DNA of 48,297 bases from positions 1 through 48,297 of the forward strand of contig CAZOFO010000004.1 in the NCBI GenBank assembly GCA_964579265.1, written 5' to 3'. A model generated the notes under the pieces. The model worked only from the letters and a program-made list of their open reading frames with translations. It was not told where the DNA came from and ran no database searches. Of the stretch, positions 28,174-36,334 are shown one piece after another; within the stretch, counting starts at the first letter, position 1, and each line of letters starts with the position of its first letter. The translations under genes were made by a program, and so were the position numbers. Source of the stretch: Candidatus Micrarchaeota archaeon. Its GTDB lineage: Archaea > B1Sed10-29.

Positions 28174-28491
28174 TTATTCTTTTAGTTTCACTGCGGTACC
28201 GTAGGCTATTATTTCTGCTCCTCCGCTGGATATCTTCGAAGTCATGAATCTAAGGTTCACAACAGCATCAGCTCCCATCTCTTCCGCTTCTTCTACCATT
28301 CTCTCTGTTGCTTCGTTCCTGGATTCTGTCATTAATTCAGAGTAAGCTTTCAGTTCTCCTCCAACTATATTTCTGAAGAACTGAGTTATATCCCTTCCAA
28401 CATTCCTTGCTCTCACAGTATTTCCTCTCACAACCCCTAGAGTTTCCTCTATTTCTTTGCCCGCTATACCAGGTGTGTTAGTAACGATCAT
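28174..28491 (-). CDS. YbjQ/UPF0145 family protein
   Basis: LGVVRG..VRARNVGRD...NIVGGELKAY..R.EA..RM..A..MGADAVVNLRF...AYGTAV. Confidence 0.92.
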   Translation of the reverse strand: MIVTNTPGIAGKEIEETLGVVRGNTVRARNVGRDITQFFRNIVGGELKAYSELMTESRNEATERMVEEAEEMGADAVVNLRFMTSKISSGGAEIIAYGTAVKLKE

Positions 28492-28583
28492 ATCTAAAAC
28501 CTCCGTTTTAACTCTACTTTTAATTAGCTTTACAATATTAAATTATTCTTCTACTTTATCTTCTCAGATGTATTTATCATTCA

Positions 28584-28925
28584 CTATTTACTTTTCTCTA
28601 TATCTTTCTTAATTTCTTTTAGTTCTTCCAATGCATTCTCCGCGGATTCTTTTAGTTTTTGAGATTCTTTCAAATCTGATTTATTTCCTTTTTCTCTCGC
28701 TTCTTTTATTCTATCTTTTGATCTTTCCAGATCCTCTTTCACTAGCTTCAAATCTTTTTCTAATTTAGAAATATTTCCCTTGTAGCTTTCCTTGAGATAT
28801 AACTTTCTTTCTAATCTTTTCTTCCTCTTCTGTATCTCGTACGGTGTTCCTCCTTCGTAATGAAGTTTACCTTCTCTTTCCGCTTGCTTTTTTCTTTTTC
28901 TAAACTTATTCTTTTCTTTGCTCAT
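28584..28925 (-). CDS. basic coiled-coil hypothetical protein
   Basis: ORF with coding-strand bias, in an apparent operon with 28935-29117. Confidence 0.5.
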   Translation of the reverse strand: MSKEKNKFRKRKKQAEREGKLHYEGGTPYEIQKRKKRLERKLYLKESYKGNISKLEKDLKLVKEDLERSKDRIKEAREKGNKSDLKESQKLKESAENALEELKEIKKDIEKSK

Positions 28926-28934
28926 ATCGATCCT

Positions 28935-29117
28935 TTATTTCTTTTCTGGTCCCATTCTTCTTCTCCTTTCTTCCTTCAACTTATCCTCTAGTTCTTTTGC
29001 TCTTCCATACTTTCCCTTTTCTTCCAGTTTTTCTATGCGCTCTTCCAGCCGTTCTATTACCTTTGCCTTCTTCTCTTTCTTTTTCTCTATCTTTCTTTCA
29101 ACCTGAGGTTTGGCCAT
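28935..29117 (-). CDS. small basic helical hypothetical protein
   Basis: AGGTGA SD upstream and coding-strand bias. Confidence 0.5.
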   Translation of the reverse strand: MAKPQVERKIEKKKEKKAKVIERLEERIEKLEEKGKYGRAKELEDKLKEERRRRMGPEKK

Positions 29118-29288
29118 CCTATTTCACCTATTATATTTTATTTTTCCATTCGAATTAGTTTACCAGGTTTAAGTTTAAATAATTAATGCTCTTTAGAAGT
29201 AAAACAATCGAAACAGAAAGTTGTGAGTGAGAATAATACCACTCAAGAATTTAAGTAAGGAACGGGAAAAAAGATACGTGATTTTAAT

Positions 29289-30374
29289 ATGAAAACGAGC
29301 TACATAAAAGAAGAATTAAGCAGAGGTAAGGACTTTATAGAATCAATTGAAGAGGATTCAAATGCTCTTATAGTTAGCCACAGCGACGTGGACGGATTAA
29401 TAAGCGCTTCAATAATATCACAGCTTCTAGAAGAAGAAGGGATAGAGAAACAGAGTCAGATGTTCCTACTTGACCGTGGAGAAGAAGTAAAGAAAAGGAT
29501 ATTGAACAAAACAGAGGAACTCGATGCTGATTCAATTATTTTCTTGGATTACACTCCCCCTAAAGATACGTATGAAGGATTAGATGATAGAGATGTCCTT
29601 ACCATAGAACATCATCCAGTACGGGAAGTTCCTGATCACGGTGTATTCGTAAATCCACAGGAAGGAGAACCTCCAGCAGCTTCAGTTCTATGCCATATGC
29701 TCTACAAACAGATGGAAGGAGAGAAAGATACTAAACCTTGGGCGCTCATGGGAACATATTCGGACATGATGCTGGACCAAGGATTGGAACACCTTGAATT
29801 AAACGAAGAAGAAAAAGAATTATACCTACACAACGGAGTGATGAACTGGAACCTCCAGACCATCATACAGCTAGTAAACGTGAGTTATATAGATAAAAAA
29901 GAATCTTCAAAGATATTCAAATTGATAAAAGAAAGCATAGAAAAAGAAAACCCATTATTAATAGAGGAAGAAAGCAGAGGAAGAGCAAAGCAGATCATGG
30001 AGAAAAAAAGAAAAGCAGAGAAAGAAAAGATAGAGACATTAGAAAGAAATTCGAACCTTGAAGTAGATAAAGAAGCAAGATTAGTGTTTGTAGAGTTCTC
30101 CTCAGACCTCAGGATAAAAAGGATACTGGCAAATCATCTAAGAACAAGACACCCTGGATACACTATAGCGATAGCGATGAAAAAAACAGGAAAATATTCA
30201 ATGAGTGTAAGAAGCTCCACCGCGGATCTAAGCAAAGCAGTACCAAAAGCATGCGAAGGAATAGACGCACATGGAGGAGGACACCCAGGAGCAGCAGGAG
30301 CAACAGTAAATGAAAACGATCCTTCTAAATTCATAGAAAATCTTAAGGAAGAGCTTAAGAAACAGAAAAAGTAG
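29289..30374 (+). CDS. DHH/DHHA1 family phosphoesterase (RecJ-like, EHH variant)
   Basis: HSDVDG, FLD, IEHH, GTYSD, SMSVRS and GGGHPGAAG. Confidence 0.82.
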   Translation: MKTSYIKEELSRGKDFIESIEEDSNALIVSHSDVDGLISASIISQLLEEEGIEKQSQMFLLDRGEEVKKRILNKTEELDADSIIFLDYTPPKDTYEGLDDRDVLTIEHHPVREVPDHGVFVNPQEGEPPAASVLCHMLYKQMEGEKDTKPWALMGTYSDMMLDQGLEHLELNEEEKELYLHNGVMNWNLQTIIQLVNVSYIDKKESSKIFKLIKESIEKENPLLIEEESRGRAKQIMEKKRKAEKEKIETLERNSNLEVDKEARLVFVEFSSDLRIKRILANHLRTRHPGYTIAIAMKKTGKYSMSVRSSTADLSKAVPKACEGIDAHGGGHPGAAGATVNENDPSKFIENLKEELKKQKK

Positions 30375-30399
30375 AAATAGACATACAGGTAATCAATAC

Positions 30400-30921
30400 A
30401 TGTCAAAAAAAGGATGGCAGAAAGAATCCGAAGAATGGCAGGAGAAACTATTTGATGAGAACGGTAATTTACGTTCAGTTATAAACTGTATCTTTAAGAG
30501 AACATCTAATGGAGATAAAATCCTGATGTTCAAAAGATGTGGAGAAGAATGGGAACACGGTTACGAACCTATAAAAGGAGCAATTCATAAACAGGAAAGA
30601 GAAAAAGAAGCGGCAAAAAGAGAGCTAAAAGAAGAGAGCGGTTTAAGTATCGAGAACAATGATGTAAAAATGATAGGTAGCCTTGAAGGTTACCTTCACG
30701 GAACCAGGCCCCACCCAGTCAAGAAAGGTAAACTAAATGTAAGGGCCAGAGTCTTTGTTTTTGAGTATACTTCACTTGGAGATATAAGAATCGGTGAAGA
30801 AGAACATGTGGGGTATAGATGGATGGATATTGAAACCGCTATTAAGAAAAATTTTCTACGTGAATCAGGACAGGAAATGATCGAGCCTGCATATAACCTA
30901 TTCTCTAAGGATAAGACTTAA
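30400..30921 (+). CDS. NUDIX hydrolase
   Basis: Nudix box G-AIHKQ-E-REKEAAK-RELKEESGL, plus EEH..YRW. Confidence 0.88.
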   Translation: MSKKGWQKESEEWQEKLFDENGNLRSVINCIFKRTSNGDKILMFKRCGEEWEHGYEPIKGAIHKQEREKEAAKRELKEESGLSIENNDVKMIGSLEGYLHGTRPHPVKKGKLNVRARVFVFEYTSLGDIRIGEEEHVGYRWMDIETAIKKNFLRESGQEMIEPAYNLFSKDKT

Positions 30922-32321
30922 CTATGTTCTTCATCCTTCTTTATTTTCTCTATCTCTTCTTCCCAGTGTTTACATACTTTCTCTACCTTTTCCGGTGCTT
31001 TACCTATGTAATTTCCTGGATCACTGATTATTTCTTTCTGCTCTTCCGTGAACTTGTCTAGGTAGGGCTCTAATTCTTCGTCTTCGAACACCAGTTCGGT
31101 CATTGGTTTTTCTTCTTTGTAGGACCGCATGGTTAGCTTCCTCACCTTCTCGTGTGCATCGGGGTGATCGTGGTAGGATAGCAGTATCTGCAGTGGCTCC
31201 GCTGCTATCTTGTCCTTGCTGTTCTCCAGGTTCTCCCTCATGTTTTCTTCGTCCACCTGTAGCTTTTTGGATATTCTCTGCATTCTTTTTAGAGAAGAGT
31301 CGAACATTACTAGAGTCTCAGGTATATATCTCTGTGTGAGGGAGTTCGATAGATCTCTCTGATGCTCGGAGATCTGGTCCATATAGCTGGTTAGTGCTCT
31401 AGGTGTGAATTCCTTCCAAGCGCTCTTTACGTTCTCGAAGTTTATCGGGTTTCTTTTCTGGGGCATTGTGGAACTTCCCACTTGTTCTTCTTCAAAAGGC
31501 TCTCCGACTTCTCCTATCTCTGTTCTTTGAAGATGTCTCATATCGTCCGCGTAGTTCGCTATTACTCCAAGCCCGGATGTAACTGCATTTATCAGATCAA
31601 GGGTTCTTTCAAAGGGAGTTATTTGGGTAGAAACCCTGGCTGGCTCCAGATCAAGTTTATCCATTATGTCTTCTTCGAATTCTTCAGGATCCTCTATTAA
31701 TAAGTCCGAGGCATTATAAGCTCCTACTGCTCCGGAGAATTTTCCAACTAGGTTATCCTTTGCTCTTTTTAGTTCTTTTATTCTGTTTCCCAGTCTCTCC
31801 ACGTATTCAGCCATTGTGTACCCGAAGGTTGTGGGTTCGGCATGTTGACCGTGTGTCCTACCTATCTGTATCGTGTTTTTTTCTCTTCTAGCTATTTCTA
31901 TGAATATTTCTTCTAGTTCTATCATATCAGGCAGTAAGACGTTCTCTACTGCGTCTCTATACATCATGGCTCTTGCCGTGTCTATTATGTCGTAGGAGGT
32001 CGCGGTTGCGTGTATATATGGTTTTGTTTCATCACTCACGTATTTTCTCATCATATTCACTAGAGCTCTGATATCATGGTGTATTCTTTTTTCTTCTTCG
32101 TAGACTTCTTCAGTCGTTATTTTCTCCGCTGCCTCTCTAGTTTCTTCAGCTGCTTTTTCCGAGCATACTCCGTGCTCAGATAATGTCTCAACTAAAGCCG
32201 TTTCCACTTTCGCTTTGTAATTGGTAAAGGCATCTTCGGATAGATACTGCTCCAGTTCCTCTACCGGGTACCTGAAATCAGTTGGTGAAAAGGCTCTGTA
32301 TCTATTCATTTCTGTATCCAT
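30918..32321 (-). CDS. purB: adenylosuccinate lyase
   Basis: HATATSYDI, IGRTHGQHAEPTTFG, GAVG, and the signature GSSTMPQKRNP. Alternative start at 32309. Confidence 0.93.
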   Translation of the reverse strand: MDTEMNRYRAFSPTDFRYPVEELEQYLSEDAFTNYKAKVETALVETLSEHGVCSEKAAEETREAAEKITTEEVYEEEKRIHHDIRALVNMMRKYVSDETKPYIHATATSYDIIDTARAMMYRDAVENVLLPDMIELEEIFIEIARREKNTIQIGRTHGQHAEPTTFGYTMAEYVERLGNRIKELKRAKDNLVGKFSGAVGAYNASDLLIEDPEEFEEDIMDKLDLEPARVSTQITPFERTLDLINAVTSGLGVIANYADDMRHLQRTEIGEVGEPFEEEQVGSSTMPQKRNPINFENVKSAWKEFTPRALTSYMDQISEHQRDLSNSLTQRYIPETLVMFDSSLKRMQRISKKLQVDEENMRENLENSKDKIAAEPLQILLSYHDHPDAHEKVRKLTMRSYKEEKPMTELVFEDEELEPYLDKFTEEQKEIISDPGNYIGKAPEKVEKVCKHWEEEIEKIKKDEEHS

Positions 32322-32488
32322 TAAATCTACCTCCAGATTATCATACCTTCTATTATCTCCCTGGCATAGTTATTACAGCCAGGAAATAAAGAGTTTTGGA
32401 TTCATCCTCATATAACCAGGATGAGTGAAGATGAGTTAAAAAAGTATAATAAACTCGGGTTACTACAAAGTCCTAGAACACTTTTCGT

Positions 32489-33154
32489 TTGGGGAAAATC
32501 ATGATAGATTTCAACGAACTGATAGACGAGCACCTGGAGAGGGAGAAGAGTGAGAAGAAAATAGGTAGGTACTGGCCTTCAGAGGTAGGAGGTTGTCTCA
32601 GGGAAACCTGGTTCAAGTATAAAAAACCGAAGAAGACACCAGTGGAGAGCCTCAGGCACTTCGAAGTAGGGAACATGGTACACGATTTCATAGTAGAAGT
32701 GCTCGAATCAGAAGATAATAGCGATGTGGAGCTACTAAAGAGCGAACTTCCCTGTAGATTAGACAGAGAGAATTACGTGATATCAGGAAGAGTCGACGAC
32801 GTCGTACTGGTAAAATCAGAAGGTAAAACATGGTTAGTGGAAGTAAAATCAACCAAGAACCTGAACTATTGTGAAGAACCAAAAAAAGACCACGAAATGC
32901 AGTTGATGTTCTACATGCACTCCACAGGGATAAGGAACGGTGCCCTGCTGTACCTGCAGAAGTACGATCTAGAAGCAAAAACTTTTGAAGTTGAATACAG
33001 CGAGGAAAAATCTCAAGAAGTTCTCGAAAGATTTGACAAGCTCCATGAATCTCTTACGAATGATAAAATTCCGGAACCCGAAGCTAAAAAGAATGAAGAA
33101 ATCAAATGGAAATGCAGGTACTGCGACTATAAAGAAGAGTGTGAAGATGAGTGA
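32489..33154 (+). CDS. solo Cas4-like PD-(D/E)XK nuclease with Fe-S cysteines
   Basis: WPSEVGGC, GRVDD...VEVKS, QLMFY, and C-terminal CRYCDYKEEC. Confidence 0.85.
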   Translation: MGKIMIDFNELIDEHLEREKSEKKIGRYWPSEVGGCLRETWFKYKKPKKTPVESLRHFEVGNMVHDFIVEVLESEDNSDVELLKSELPCRLDRENYVISGRVDDVVLVKSEGKTWLVEVKSTKNLNYCEEPKKDHEMQLMFYMHSTGIRNGALLYLQKYDLEAKTFEVEYSEEKSQEVLERFDKLHESLTNDKIPEPEAKKNEEIKWKCRYCDYKEECEDE

Positions 33155-33159
33155 TAAAT

Positions 33160-33576
33160 ATGAAGATAGTGAGCGCGTGCCTAGCGGGAATAGAATGCAA
33201 TTATAAGGGAGAATCAAGACCCTGTGAAAAAGTCATAGAGCTAGTTAAAAAAGGAAAAGCAATTCCTCTCTGTCCAGAACAACTAGGAGGTCTACCAACC
33301 CCTAGATCAGCAGCGGAGCAGAGAAACGGAAAAGTATTTACTGAAAAAGGAAAAGATGTTACCGAAGAATTTCAAAAGGGCGCGGAGGAAGTTCTTAGAA
33401 TAGCGGAGCTACTGGACTGTGAAGAAGCGATCTTAAAATCCAAATCACCATCCTGCGGATCAAAGAGAATATACGACGGAACCTTCACCGGAACCCTTAA
33501 GAAAGGAAAAGGAATAACCGCAAAACTGCTCGAAGAAAACGGAATAGAAGTAAAGAACGAGAAAGAACTGGAATAA
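33160..33576 (+). CDS. DUF523 family protein (TudS-like thiouracil desulfurase)
   Basis: VSACLAG..CNY, LCPEQLGGLPTPR, ILKSKSPSCG and G.GITA.LL. Confidence 0.88.
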   Translation: MKIVSACLAGIECNYKGESRPCEKVIELVKKGKAIPLCPEQLGGLPTPRSAAEQRNGKVFTEKGKDVTEEFQKGAEEVLRIAELLDCEEAILKSKSPSCGSKRIYDGTFTGTLKKGKGITAKLLEENGIEVKNEKELE

Positions 33577-33679
33577 AAAACCCTATTTCTCGATTATCAA
33601 CGTATATACGTTAAACGTCTAACGAAAGGCTTTTATTGATGGAGAACCTGAAATAATTAGCCAGAAGAGGAAAGATAAA

Positions 33680-34732
33680 ATGACAGGAATAACTTCTTAC
33701 GGAACATCAATCCCGCTCAGAAGAATAAAAGTAGAAGAAATAGCCAAGCAATGGGGAGAAAACCCGGAGAACATAAAGAAAGGACTAAAAGTAAAAGAAA
33801 AAACAGTCAGAAACTACGATGAAGACAGCGCAACACTAGCAGTAGAAGCAGCAAGAGAAGCAGTGAACACAAACCAAGTAAACCCGGATAAAATACAGGC
33901 AATATACATTGGATCAGAATCCCCACCATATGCAGTCAAACCAACCTCAGGAATAGTTGCAGAAGCAATAGGAGCCACTCCCGATCTCACTGCAGCTGAC
34001 CTAGAATTCGCATGCAAGGCAGGAACAGCTGGAATACAAGCAGCACTAGGGATGATAAAAAGTGGAGAAGTAGAAAAAGCAATGATAATAGGAACGGACA
34101 CCTCACAATCAAGCCCAAACAACGCCCTTGAATACAGTGCAGGATGCGGAGCAGGAGCACTTATACTCGAAGAAAACCCAGAACTAGCAGAAATAAAGAA
34201 AACCACATCCTACACAACAGACACACCGGACTTCTGGAGGAAGGCTCACAGCGAATTCCCAGAACACGGAGGAAGATTCAGCGGAGAACCCGCATACTTC
34301 AAACACGTCATAAACTCCACGGAAAAACTACTGGAACAAACAGGAAAGAAAAAAGAAGAATTCGACTACTACGTATTCCACCAACCAAACGGAAAATTCC
34401 CGTTAAAAGCAGCTAAAAAACTAAACGTACCAAAAGAAAAAGTAGAACCAGGACTAGTAACACCAAAAATAGGTAACACGTACTCAGCAGCCACCTTCCT
34501 CGGATTATCAAACGTCCTGGACAGAGCTAAACCAGGTGAAGAGATACTGCTAACATCATACGGATCAGGAGCAGGAAGCGATTCATTCTGGATAAAGATA
34601 AAAGAAAAACCAGAAGAAGAACTAGAGAAAAAGAAACCAGTAAAAACACTGGAGGAAAAAATCCAGGACAAAAAATACGTGGACTACGGGACCTACGCAA
34701 GCTACATGAACAAACTGAAAGAGGTATACTAA
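33680..34732 (+). CDS. mvaS: hydroxymethylglutaryl-CoA synthase (archaeal type)
   Basis: DEDSATLAVEA, GSESPPYAVKP, EFACKAGT, DTPDFWR, FHQPNGKFP, GNTYS and SYGSGAGSD. Confidence 0.93.
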   Translation: MTGITSYGTSIPLRRIKVEEIAKQWGENPENIKKGLKVKEKTVRNYDEDSATLAVEAAREAVNTNQVNPDKIQAIYIGSESPPYAVKPTSGIVAEAIGATPDLTAADLEFACKAGTAGIQAALGMIKSGEVEKAMIIGTDTSQSSPNNALEYSAGCGAGALILEENPELAEIKKTTSYTTDTPDFWRKAHSEFPEHGGRFSGEPAYFKHVINSTEKLLEQTGKKKEEFDYYVFHQPNGKFPLKAAKKLNVPKEKVEPGLVTPKIGNTYSAATFLGLSNVLDRAKPGEEILLTSYGSGAGSDSFWIKIKEKPEEELEKKKPVKTLEEKIQDKKYVDYGTYASYMNKLKEVY

Positions 34733-34747
34733 AAAGGTGAACCAAAA

Positions 34748-35911
34748 ATGAGAGACGTAGTAATAATCGGTGCAGGACAGACGGAATTCGGAGAAAAATG
34801 GGAAAAGAACCTGAAAGAACTAATGGCAGAAGCAGGTACAAAAGCAGTTAAGGATGCAAGGATAAAAGGAGATAAAATAGACGCACTATACACAGGATGT
34901 ATGGCCTCAGGCAGACTAGTGGGACAAGAACACGTAGGAGCCCTAGTAGCAGATCAAGTAGGTTTAAACCCGATACCATCGACAAGAATCGAATCCGCAT
35001 GCGCCTCAGGAGGAGCTACACTCAGAACAGCCTACCTATCAGTAAAATCAGGAGAACACGACACAGTAGTAGCAGGAGGAGGAGAAAAAATGATAGACGT
35101 GCCAACAGAAAGAGTAAACTACGCATTAGGAGGAGCAGGAGACCAGGAAACCGAAATATTTAACGGAGCAACCTTCGCAGCACTCTACGCCCTAATGGCT
35201 AGAAAACACATGGAAGAATACGGAACAACAGAGAAACAACTCGCGGAAGTATCGGTAAAAAACCACGAAAACGGAGCAAAAAACCCATTAGCACAGTATC
35301 AAAGAGAAATATCAGTTGAAGCAGTCATGAAATCACCGGAAGTAGCCTCACCATTAAAATTATTCGATTGCTCACCAATAACAGACGGAGCAGCATCAGT
35401 AGTACTAACAACAAAAGAAAAAGCCGAAAGAAAAGGAAAAGAATACATAGAAATAGCAGGATCAAGCCAAGCAAGCGACACACTCGACCTAGCAAACAGA
35501 GATTCGATAACAGAGATAAAAGCAACCAAAATAGCAGCTAAAAAAATATATAAACAAACAGGAATAAATCCAGAAGACATAGACTTCGCAGAAGTACACG
35601 ATTGCTTCACCATCGCAGAAATAATGGCAATGGAAGACCTTGGATTCTACGAAAAAGGAGAAGCAGGAAAAGCCGTGGAAAAAGGAGAAACAAAACTAAC
35701 GGGAAAAATACCTATAAATCCTTCAGGAGGATTAAAAGCAAAAGGACACCCAGTAGGAGCAACAGGAGTAGCTCAAGCAGTAGAGAACTACAAACAATTA
35801 ACAGGAAACGCAGGAGAAAGACAACTGGAAAATCCTGAAATAGGGCTAGCACACAACGTAGGAGGAAGCGGAGCAACCGCAGTAACACACATATTCAAAA
35901 AACCAAAATAG
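34748..35911 (+). CDS. acetoacetyl-CoA thiolase (archaeal SCP2-type)
   Basis: ESACASG, DCSPITDGAA, EVHDCFT, NPSGGLKAKGHPVGATG and HNVGGSG. Confidence 0.93.
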   Translation: MRDVVIIGAGQTEFGEKWEKNLKELMAEAGTKAVKDARIKGDKIDALYTGCMASGRLVGQEHVGALVADQVGLNPIPSTRIESACASGGATLRTAYLSVKSGEHDTVVAGGGEKMIDVPTERVNYALGGAGDQETEIFNGATFAALYALMARKHMEEYGTTEKQLAEVSVKNHENGAKNPLAQYQREISVEAVMKSPEVASPLKLFDCSPITDGAASVVLTTKEKAERKGKEYIEIAGSSQASDTLDLANRDSITEIKATKIAAKKIYKQTGINPEDIDFAEVHDCFTIAEIMAMEDLGFYEKGEAGKAVEKGETKLTGKIPINPSGGLKAKGHPVGATGVAQAVENYKQLTGNAGERQLENPEIGLAHNVGGSGATAVTHIFKKPK

Positions 35912-35923
35912 GAGGAAAACAAA

Positions 35924-36319
35924 ATGGAAGAAGCAATACCACTAAACTGGAGAAAATACCCTGAAAGATACAGGTTAGAAGGAACCCACTGTAAAAAATG
36001 CGGAGAAGACTTCTACCCAAAGAGAAGCATATGCCCAAACTGCAGAAGAAAAGGAGAACTAAAAGACAAAGAAATGCCTAGAAAAGGAAAAATAGTAAGC
36101 TACTCAAAAGTAAAATCCTCACACAAAGACTTCTCAGACGAAACACCGTACTACGTAGCATTAATAGAGCTGAAAAACGGAGTAAGAGTATTCTCCCAAG
36201 TGATCGACTCAGAAGAAAAAGTAAAAACAGGAGCCGAAGTAAAAAAAGTATTCAGAAAAGTAAACGATAAAAAAGACGGAGTAATAGCCTACAGCCACAA
36301 ATTCAAAGTAGAAGAATAA
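35924..36319 (+). CDS. DUF35 Zn-ribbon/OB-fold CoA-binding scaffold of the thiolase-HMGCS complex
   Basis: RYRLEG..CKKCG..FYPKR.ICPNCRR, G.IVSYS and PY.VALIEL. It is the third gene of the known archaeal triad. Confidence 0.9.
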   Translation: MEEAIPLNWRKYPERYRLEGTHCKKCGEDFYPKRSICPNCRRKGELKDKEMPRKGKIVSYSKVKSSHKDFSDETPYYVALIELKNGVRVFSQVIDSEEKVKTGAEVKKVFRKVNDKKDGVIAYSHKFKVEE

Positions 36320-36334
36320 AAAAAACTATACATC

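Noticed and set aside
32395-32425. ZTP (pfl) or purine riboswitch upstream of purB, because GGUUAUAUGA resembles the ZTP 5' end
   Set aside because: The conserved GACUG(R)CG core and the purine-riboswitch junction nucleotides are absent. Kept only as an unclassified structured leader.
32489-33154. CRISPR-Cas locus implied by the Cas4-like gene
   Set aside because: No repeat-spacer array, cas1, cas2 or effector genes were seen anywhere in the window. Treated as a solo Cas4.
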